64,000 nucleotides of DNA from Octopus vulgaris (lineage: Eukaryota), in the NCBI GenBank assembly GCA_951406725.2, contig OX597819.1:42718001-42782000 (forward strand). Direction: 5' to 3'. Position numbers and translations under genes: made by a program. The notes beneath the pieces are model-generated. The model did not search any database, was not told the DNA's origin, and was given only the letters and a program-made list of their open reading frames with translations. Positions 53,441 to 64,000 of the stretch are shown in pieces (position 1 is the stretch's first letter; the number at the start of each line of letters is the position of its first letter).

Positions 53441-53949
53441 CTATTACATGCTAGGGTAGCCAATCCAATTCTCTTATAACTCTACCTACCACTCTCAAGT
53501 CAATGTTAATGTCTCCAGGCAGGTGGTGTAGCTTGCTAGAAATAGTAACCGAATTACACCCTACTTTCTTACAAAAGGAAGAATACATTGGATGATGTCA
53601 TCTGAGATATATTCCTGGTAAAAATGATGAAATGGTCACAGCTGGAGTGCCTTCAATCATTGGCCTGCTAATCTGTGTTGAGCTATTGATAAAATGCTGA
53701 CACCTAACATTAACACTCGACTCCAAATTGTAGCTATCATACATTTCATATACTATAAATCTTGCCACATAACCTCCTGAAATTAGACACCAATATCTTG
53801 GTATTATCAAAGCCTAATAAGATTAATAACCAATAGAGAAAACTTTCAATATCAAGGAAAGTAACATCCACAAACACTTTCCACTTTACAAGAATGAAAG
53901 ACAATTCAGAACAACAAGACTAAGATATAAAAATTTCACAAACAAGAAT

Positions 53950-54400
53950 AACAAATAATGCCAGATCATGGAAAAAACACATTCCTAACAAAGCTAGGAT
54001 GGCATCTCTACAGCTGGCCCTTTTCTTCAAGGCCAGAAGTTACTTCATTCCCCCAACAATTACTGATACACTATCTACAAAGCTCAAGAGAGGCCCACAA
54101 TGGAATATTGCTCTCACATCTAGGACAATGTAATGCTACTGCACGTACAGACATCCAAGGCCACATCCAGAAAAAGGGATCATCTGGCTGATAGCTATGA
54201 AATCACTCACAGGTATACTGTCTCCTCTCTCTCTCTCTCTGCTTTTCTACCACCACTTTAATGGTCTCTACTCCTTGGAGCCTACCTCCACTTAGGCACT
54301 CTTGTCCCACTCATCTCTCCTCTCCCCACCATCTTTATTGTGTCCTCCCACCACCAGCACCACCAGACACTGCACTAATCACTATGCTCAATTCTTCATT
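53950..54400 (+). pseudogene. Decayed non-LTR retrotransposon (CR1-group-like) ORF2 C-terminal fragment
   Basis: ATCTACAAAGCTCAAGAGAGGCCCACAATGGAATATTGCTCTCACATCTAG reads IYKAQERPTMEYCSHI*, resembling the YKxxVRPxxEY(C/A)SxxW motif after LINE reverse transcriptase; stops and frameshifts are present. Confidence 0.6.
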
Positions 54401-56119
54401 TCTTTCTTGCTTATGTCTTTCCCAGCAGGTGTCAACTTATATAGGTTCAAGAGGAAGAATCAGGACATTAATCTTACTGGTCTAGGAGGGCTAGCAAAGG
54501 CCATTGGGCATTACTCATTGCCTTCAGACCCAGCATGTAACAACACAAACTAATCATCATCATCATCATCTTCCATCACATTGTAATCAATGATAACGAG
54601 TTGCAACATGGTCATTCAAACCACTAGAAATAGCAACCAGATATCCCCCAAACTATTTCCTACTGTCTTAATATATAAGAACACATTAGATAATGGCTGT
54701 AAAAAGAAAAAAAAAAAAAAAGGACTGACTAGACATAGCTGGCCTGTCTTTGATCATTGGTCTGCTCAATCAGGGTTGATCTGGGGGTCAACAACAACAA
54801 TAACCACGATAAATAACGTTATCCTTCCACCATCACCACAATAAATTTAGAAAGGTGGATGGATGGAGGGAAATTCTTTTTATTTATGTCTCAGCTACAT
54901 GAAGAGTGAGTGAGAGTGAGTAATTTAACTTGTCTCAGAAAAAAAAAAAAAAAAAAACTAACTTTGCAACGTTTACAGCATGACTAGATGAGAGTGGGGG
55001 TGGGTGGAAGGGGGGTATATTGTGATGAGCGCCTTCTTGCTAGTGAGCCAAATATTTTCATGACTCTCGAGCTGCAGAGATGAAGTCACTGTTAGGTGCA
55101 CTTGCAGCGTGTGATGCCAAAATGCCGAGAAATCAATAACAATTAAACGCCAGAATTAGGGAGAAATGTATGAAATAAAATAGCCCTATGATTGACATGG
55201 TAGCTATATTTTAGAGGAATAGTAAATCAAAGCGAGAAAGAGAGATTGATAGACAGAAAGAGAGAGAGAGAGAGGTGGGGGGGAGACAGATCTTTCTCCT
55301 CCCAAAAAACTATAAATATTTCACATGCTCAACGACATTCCCTCAGAAGTTGGCAGCATGGTTAGTGGACTGCCATAAGAACTGGAATAAATACATAAAT
55401 GAAACTGAAATAAAATGCCATGCTTTTGATAGAAATTCTGACAAAAAAAGAAAAAAGAGAAAGAAAGAAAGAAAGAAAAACAGAGACAAGGAATAAGAAA
55501 AAAGAAAAACAAAAAATGTTTATAGCAGAAACTGCAACAATTTTAATGTGATGTTGAAGATGTAGAAAGTAAACAACAACAACAAAAAAAGTCACATAGG
55601 GATGATAGGTAGGTAGCTGCCACCCTCACTGTTTTAATAATAATAACAATAATAACGACAAAGATGATGGCAGTGTATGTAGTAGTTGTGGTAGTGGTAT
55701 TAACAAAAACCAGAGCAAAATAATAAGAATAAGATGAAGTAAAGAAGAAAAGATAAAGACTAATAATACAAAAAAAAAAAAGGAAAATAAAATATAAAAA
55801 AATAAAAAGAAATAGAAATAAAAAAAAAGAAGAAAAGAAGCAAACAAAACAAGGAACCAGCCAATAGCATTGCGTAAAAAGTAGCAGTGAGTTCGATGTG
55901 TGTCGATTAGAAGCTTGGTAGCAATTGGATGTCTTTAATGTTGACCAACGAGTGTGAATGTCTTCTGATGCTTTCTTATTAAATGTTCTTTGAAGTTGAT
56001 TACTAAAGCAACTTTGAAGCTGAATGGCCACAGCTTACTCAGCAGCCAATAAAGGAACTTTCAGCAACAAAACATCTGACGCTTTCCACCTACAAGCTAT
56101 GAACTTGTATGTAAGTCAT

Positions 56120-56143
56120 CTGCACACATACACTCACATGCTC

Positions 56144-56200
<57 letters not shown>

Positions 56201-56352
56201 CATATATATATATACATATATATATATATACATATATATATATGTATATATATATATACACAGCTACGTGTCTGTCACAGCAACACATACATGCACATGC
56301 AAGTGTGTGTCTCTATTAAAACATACCCACACTTAGATACACAAATATACAT

Positions 56353-56401
<49 letters not shown>

Positions 56402-57800
56402 TATATATACATATATACACACACATATATATAAGAATGCATATCTATATCATGCATACACATATCTATGTCACTATCAACCGCATACCCACACAGACAC
56501 ATTTAGACATATGTATAAGTCTATGCATATGTATGTATGTATGTATATGCTGTGTGCATGTGTATGTACAATATGCATACACACTTGCATACATTTATTT
56601 GCATCTACAACAACAACCACAAATATGTTTACGAGTGTGTGTAAACTTGCATGCAGGCAAGCACACACACACACACAGGCATGTGTGTACACACGTGCAT
56701 GTGCGTACACACATGCATGCACTCATAAATATACTTGTGTAAGCGAGATTGCATGCGCATGAATGCATGTGCACACCCATATATTCAGCATACACACATA
56801 CATACACAGCATAACTGCATACATGTGCACACGCACATGCATAAACACATCCCCCCATCCTCCCTCCCTCCCACAAGCAGATATCTGAGCTAGTGTGCCA
56901 GTATCAACACATTAATACTCTCCTACACGTGCCTCATGAGTGAAACACTCCCTATACACAAATACGCACACATGAATGTACATGCGCATACACATATGTA
57001 TGACTGCATGTGTGCGTGTGTATATATATATATGCACACACACACACACACACACACAAAAGACGAGTGTGAATATCAAAGTACTTTGAATACATGAATA
57101 TATATATATGCATGTATGCCTAATATACACTATATATGTATATATGTGTGCATGCATGCGCTTGCAAGTGTATATTTATACATACAGGTAGACACATATT
57201 TGTGCAGATAACAACACTATTACAGACAAACATACATGTATATGTATGAGAATGCATGCATGTCTTTATCCACACACACACATGCTCACACACCCATATA
57301 TGGCATATAGACACAGATACACATATATCCACAGACACACAAACACACACACACACATATATATCCAGTCACGCACTTGTGCAAATACCAAAGACTGTTC
57401 CACACAAACATACATGTATTATGCATGAGAGCACATGCACATGCATGTCTATAAACACACAAGATGCATATATATATATACACACACACACACAGATATA
57501 CAAGCACAAAATCACACAAGCACGCAGACATATATATAGATACACTGACACATTTATATACATATATACACACAGAGATATATACAAGCACAAAATCACA
57601 CAAGCACGCAAACGCATACACACAAACACACACACATATACATGCACATACAGATATACAAGCACAAACACGTGCGTCGATATCACACATTACCACACAC
57701 AAAGTGTATGTATGCATGTACAAAATCATACAAAAAGAAAAGAGCATGACCACACACACACACACACACACGCGCATGCGTGCACATTTGCATACACAAT
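56120..57800. repeat. Approx. 1.7-kb low-complexity alternating purine-pyrimidine (TA/CA/TGCA) tract
   Basis: Compound microsatellites; the source of many spurious ORFs. Confidence 0.9.
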
Positions 57801-58123
57801 ATTGTATTTATTAAATAAATGAATGTAGAAGTTGCTTGAGAGAGGAAGATTTGCTAGTGCATCCTATGATATTGTATAGAGAGGAGAAAAAAGAAAAAAA
57901 AAAACGACAACAGCAGTGTGTGTGTGTGTGTGTGTTTGTGTGTGAGAGTACACAGCCACATGGGGCTGAAGAATATGAAGTGCAGTGTGAAGATATAAAT
58001 TCTCTCTACAATTCCTTTGGAAGAGTAATTAGGGAAAGCTTTATGGTGCTGTTATGGAAATAATGGAGTGAAAGAGAAAGTTCACTCCATTACATTATAC
58101 AGCAGCGAGGAGGTGTGTGTGTG

Positions 58124-58177
<54 letters not shown>

Positions 58178-58298
58178 GGACTGAGAGAGGGAGAGAGACT
58201 GAGAGAGAGAGAGAGAGAGACTGAGAGGCAGAGAGAAAGGAAATGGAGGAACCAGGTTAACTTCAAGGGTGGGTGGAAGTATAAAATGTGTAAGAATT

Positions 58299-58329
<31 letters not shown>

Positions 58330-59069
58330 CCTTGGAGTTGAGTTAAGAGGGACGGGGGGGGTTAGAAATAGGAAAAAAAAAAAAAAAAGAGAATGAATAG
58401 TATAAGAAGACCATGAAAGAAAATGAGAAAACATTCTTACCCCCATCTGCCACACCATCATCATTTTAGGCATGTAAATGTGTGGGTAATTTGGAAGAAA
58501 AAAAATGTGTGTGTGTGTGTATACATACATATATACGCACACAAATTATGTATTATTTTTGCCCCACCTACGAATACATATTTTCTGTGTGTGCGTGTGT
58601 GAGTAAGAGAGAGAGAGAGAGAGAGAAAGGGGGGAAAGGAAGAGAAAAAGTTTATATGAGTATAGTTTTGTCACTGATAGAGCAAACAGTTTGTTAATAA
58701 TGAGACAGCCAGTTATAAGAAGTAATTTGTGCTAAAATCTGGACTGAAGATGAAAATGGTTAAAAATGAAAACATTAAAAATAAATAAATAAATAAATAA
58801 CCACAAGTTTTTTAAAAAAAAAAGTCAATAAGGAAAATAAAAGAGAAATCTAATTTATCTATAAATTGACTTTTAAGCAAAAATAATAATAATAATAAAA
58901 TATATATATATATATATATATATAATAATAATAATATATAAAAATAGAAAAAAATTCAAGGAAAATATGAAAAAATTAAAATCAATATTTTGTTATTGAT
59001 GGCAAGGGAAAAGGAAAGAAAAAATATGATTTCATTTTGGATTAGTTTTGGCCTTTACACTTTCCTCCT

Positions 59070-59100
<31 letters not shown>

Positions 59101-59580
59101 GTCTCCACCACCACCAACATCACCACATTAATTTCAAGATGGCACAGAGGTGTACCGATATATTGGCGCTGGTGGAGGATTATGGAAAGAGGTCTAAAAG
59201 GAACCGGCAGCAGAGGAGAGAAACCGGTTTATCTCGATGTTGTGATGATGATGATGATGATTGATAAAGGGCTGGGCAGAAAATGATGCTTGGCCATGCA
59301 GCATACAACGAGAAGAGGGAAGAAGCGATGGTGATTAGAAAGGGGAGGGGGGGTCTCAGTTAATTAACCAAAATCCAAACATCTCTCTCTCTCTCTCTGT
59401 GTGTTCATTCCTGCCCCAACTCCTCCGCCACTTTTGTTGCTTTAGTGGATTAATTTATTTCCACGGGGGTTAAAAAAAAAAAAGACACGGAAAGAAAAGA
59501 AAGCAAAGTCGAGATTTTATGAAAGATTATTGAGGAGCCTGAGAAAGGAAGAAGTGGTGATGATTGTATGGATTAAGAGA

Positions 59581-59628
<48 letters not shown>

Positions 59629-59699
59629 AGAATGCAAACAGTGAGAGGGGAAGTGCCGGACAAGAGGATGCAAGTGCATGCGTAGAAATGTGAGTGCAC

Positions 59700-59935
59700 G
59701 CACATATGTGTGTGTGTGTGTATATATATATATGTATATATATATACATGCATACACACATGTGTGTGTATATATATATACATGCATACACACGTGTGTG
59801 TATATATATGTATGTATATACATGCATACACACGTGTGTGTATATATATGTATGTATATATATACATGCATACACACGTGTGTGTGTGTATATATATATA
59901 TATGTATGTATATATATATATATATATACACACAA
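59700..59935. repeat. Compound quasi-palindromic tandem repeat (TACATGCATACACACGTGTGTGTATATA...)n
   Basis: Four similar units of about 35-45 bp. Confidence 0.85.
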
Positions 59936-62494
59936 CTACATACATATACATATCTATATATATTTATATAAATAAATAAGTACACATATACAATATACAT
60001 ATCTATACAGGCACACACATATAGATAGATAGATAGAAGGAAAGAGAAAAGGCACTGTAGTTTGGTTCTGTTGTGTGTGTAAAACGAATAAATCAATGGA
60101 ATTCCCCTTCCTCCGCCTCCACTATACCACTCCACCCTGCCACCTTGCTTCTACAAGTTGGAAAAACCTATTTTCAATGAATAGAATATCGCAGGTGCTA
60201 GCTACAGGGGCACAAAGTTGCCACTTCATTTCCAGTTGCTACGATACTATTGCATAGTTTGCCGTTTAATATTTGTCTTTTATTAGAAAATGGCTCCAAG
60301 AACAAATGAGAGCTAAATGTTCGATGAAGGTCAACAGCAGATATAAGGGGAAATTGAATCAATGGAATAAATAAATAAACAAACAAAAACAAAACACACA
60401 CTCATCTAAACTCATCACACACACACACACACACACACAATATAAATTAAATATTCAATATGTATACATGTGTGTGTGTGTGTGAGTGTGTGATGGAATA
60501 TTTGTATTTTTATTGAGAGAGAGAATCAGTGACCAAAAAGAGATGAGATAATTTAAGAGAAAATAAGCATGTGCATCTTGTCCAATACAACAAGAACTAT
60601 AGACTTATTTTACACATCTTCGGCTATTGATTACTACATCAAGAGCCAACAACAGTACCTCTATAGAGTCACTAAACTTGCTAGACATAGCAGCCAAATC
60701 TTCCTAAAAATCAGAGTCTATGGCCTTAAAAGAAGAAAAAGAACACATTGGATAATATAATGCAGGATTACACTGTTTGCTGTAATAAGGATAGACACAG
60801 TTTAAACACCTTTTGATCATAGGTATACTCAACCAGAGCAGACCTGATGTTGGACACCACATCTGCTACTTCTGGCAATAATGCTCTAAAAAAAAAGAAA
60901 GAGAGAGAGAGAGCATTCCCAATCTACCACAATATTTCAAATGCTTACACAACTGCGTTGTCTAGGACCATTCAGAATGACAAATGGCTGTGAACAGTTA
61001 CTGAGTGAAAATCTCTTTGTTGATCAGAAGACTTATTTCGTATGTATCAATGCTCATTTAATTTGGATATCTGCAATAAAACTGTCTCTACATTGGTGTC
61101 TGCTATGGAAGACCTGAGGATAAGCTTTGCTGATGAGATCAGAGTAAACCTGAAACAGATCTCAAGTTGTCTCCCACAGATACCTTCCACCCAAAAGGGA
61201 AACAGTATTAGTTATTAGTCATCGACTGATAACTCCTTGTTGAATGTTTATTTTGAATTAGCTTATATTATAGGTCGTAGCACTGATAAAAAAAAATAGG
61301 CATAGAACTGTTCGTTCTTTAAGGTGATATGAGATATCATGCTGACTTTGGAAGAACCAAAGACTTCCTTCCAGCAAAGTCTGACAAAAATATTTAAAAA
61401 ACGAAAAATAGTTTTTTTCTTCTTCTCCAAATGAAATCTATAAAAATAAATAAATGAATACAGTGTGTGTATGTGGCAACAGGAAATGACTATTCTAAAC
61501 AGAACCATATCCTTTATGATTTAACTATACATATATGATTTAACTATATATATATATATATATGCATACAGATAAATGAACAAAAGCAAGGCAATTGTTC
61601 CTTCAACACCCATTAGTTGCTATGGTAACTTGGCCAACAGCAACAGAAGCAGTTACAGCATTTCCAGTTAATTGTATACACCAAAGTAGATGGAGGGTGT
61701 ACCACAAACCAAAAACTGAATATATTTGCCAGAAGAGAAGAAGTTCAATACATCAGTTGGTAGATAGATATAGATGAAGAAAGAAAAAATAGAACTGCTA
61801 TAAATAAATAAATAAAATAACAATAAGAATAAGAATAATAACAATAACAATAATAATAATAATTGAACAAAAACAAGGACAAATATTTATGTTCGTGCAA
61901 AAGTGCCAATATTTCCAGGAATATTCAATAATTTTTCCTTTCTTTCTAATTTTTTTTCATGTTATATTAGTGTAAATATTTAGGGCAGAGAGAAATGCTT
62001 CATGTTAAAATAAAACATTGAGAATCAGAGAGAATTATTATTATTATTATTGTTGTTGTTGCTGTTGTTCTTCTTCTTATATACAGAGAATGGTATATGA
62101 TGGAACCAACAACACAGCAAGAACCATCATAGACAAACTGGGGAAAAGGAAAATATAACATGTGCCAGAATGCAATGGAATACGCATACAGATGCCAATA
62201 AATAGAATAAACAAATAGATAAAAATAATAATGGCTTCCTTTATATAATACAAATAATAATACATTTTATATAATACCACTAATAAAATTCTTTATTATT
62301 GCCACAAGGGCAACAGATAAAGAACATTGCAGAGACAATTTACAAAATATGTACTGTGAAGAGAGGTGGTATATTGAAATGCAATGAAATACACAGTAAA
62401 CAACATATGGTAAGGTCTCCTCAAAATGAGGACCAACCACTAGCCAGAGACAACTGAGGAACCCTAGAGATGCAAGATTACTCTGACTATCAAA

Positions 62495-62805
62495 AGTTAT
62501 TCTCTTACTTGTTTCAGTCATTTGACTGTGGCCACGCTGGAGCACCACCTTAAACGGTTTGGCCAACAGCAACAGAAGAAATAAACTCCACGACTTTTTC
62601 TTTTGTAAGCCTGGTACTTATTCTATCGGTCTCTTTTGTCGAACTGATAAGTCACAGGGATGTAAACACACCAACGTCGGTTGTCAAGCAATAGTGGAGG
62701 ACAAACAGGCATAATGACATGCAAATATATACATGTGTATATATATATATATATATACATACATATGTATATATGCAGAAATATATATGTATATATGTGT
62801 GTGTA

Positions 62806-62873
<68 letters not shown>

Positions 62874-63010
62874 AACATACACACGACAGGCTTCTTTCAG
62901 TTTTTGTCTGCCAAATCCACTTACAGGGCTTTGGTCTGGCCCAGTGGGATTGAACCTTGGAACAATGTGGTTAGAAAGCAAGCTTCTTACCACACAGCAT
63001 GCCTGTGCCT
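62495..63010 (-). mobile_element. SINE-like element with internal (TA)/(CA) microsatellite; relative at 20720-21120
   Basis: Shared GGTACTTATT..., ACACCAAC..GGTTGTCAAGC, GGCTTCTTTCAGTTT, and tRNA-like head (reverse complement of CTTCTTACCACACAGC). Confidence 0.7.
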
Positions 63011-63391
63011 AAGCAGGCTCTCCTAGAAGATGTTTTCCCCAGCCAACAGACAGATGCTGGCGTGCTGAGAATGAAGCCCATTTGCTAGGACCATGCTCAT
63101 CGCATTTACCCACCTTCTAAGAAACTCACTGAAAAGCTGCACATGTCAAAACAAGACCAAGGCTGGTTGCTTGCCTGCCCTGCCCTCTCAATCCTCATCT
63201 CTTTCTCTTCTCTCCCTTTCGTCTGCAACTAGAACTTGACAAAGAGAAAAGTATTTGTCGTCAGTCCTTTCAATTGTGACCACCATATAACCTTTTTGCG
63301 GTAGCCACCAAAAGAAAAAGAAAAAAAAAAGAGAGAAGCTGTCTAATCTTCCTTAGTCAAAGAAAGGTGACAGAGTGATCTTTGTGAAAGA

Positions 63392-63618
63392 TTAACCTTT
63401 TAGCATTCAGATTACTCAGTCACATGTAATGCTTATTTATTCACACTGTTTTGAATTAATCCTACATTATCTTGTAGCTTTGAGATTTCAATGATGTCAT
63501 TATGTATTTTTTGAATGACATTGTAGGGTGGGTGCGAGAGACTGGCTCTGGCCAGTTTGAACATAAAATAGATAAAATATTTGGATCAGATACGGTTGGT
63601 TTAAATGCTAGAGGCTTG
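63392..63618. mobile_element. MITE, family of 45268-45488
   Basis: TTAACCTTTTAGCATTCAGATTACTC...TTTAAATGCTAGAGG. Confidence 0.65.
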
Positions 63619-64000
63619 AGCCAATAGTTGCATCTCTCCTACAAGAGACAACAGCTGTTTGACATAACCCACTGGTCAGCAATGCTTGGACACTGAACTT
63701 GCACATGCAGAAAAGTTTTGTTACTCTGCCTGCATCTTGGACTGGCCCAAGATCTCAAACTGGCTATGCACATACCTCGTTCCACTGCCAGATTAAAGTT
63801 TCTGAAAGTTATCAGAAGACCTTGGTTTGAAAGTCTTCAAGGACAGGTCAGCCAATTGATTCCTGTTAATTCCAGCTGGAGGGCATAAGCAGGATTAAAT
63901 GGCAAGTTAGTGAAAATATCACCTTGAACCTCACAGTACTTTTAACCCAGGCAGCTTACAGAATCTTATTCTGGCTCTAGCAATGGTAGAAAAGTAAGAC

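Noticed and set aside
56024-60135. Numerous 100-200 aa ORFs rich in Y/I/H/T/C/V
   Set aside because: They are translations of TA/CA microsatellites in all six frames; no coding signal.
52000-64000. Search for upstream TCF exons (beta-catenin-binding domain, PHPAIV-type Groucho-binding region)
   Set aside because: No recognisable match found; these exons presumably lie beyond the window.

Overview
AT-rich, microsatellite- and SINE-laden animal genomic DNA; the repeat families suggest an octopus or other coleoid cephalopod (inference). It contains the 3' half of a TCF/LEF (pangolin/TCF7L2-like) Wnt-effector gene on the minus strand. The exons are: first HMG-box exon (51802-51988), two 163-nt paralogous copies of the second HMG-box/basic-tail exon (50937-51099 and 39894-40056), the 73-nt C-clamp (CRARF) exon (20494-20566), and the last coding exon (13352-13646), followed by a probably long 3' UTR. 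The beta-catenin-binding N-terminal exons lie beyond the right end of the window. The most notable feature is the apparently mutually exclusive duplicated DNA-binding-domain exon. Several hand-found candidate cassette exons and microexons before and inside the C-clamp suggest a combinatorial splicing system that re-tunes both DNA-binding modules. Almost all other listed ORFs are translations of simple repeats.
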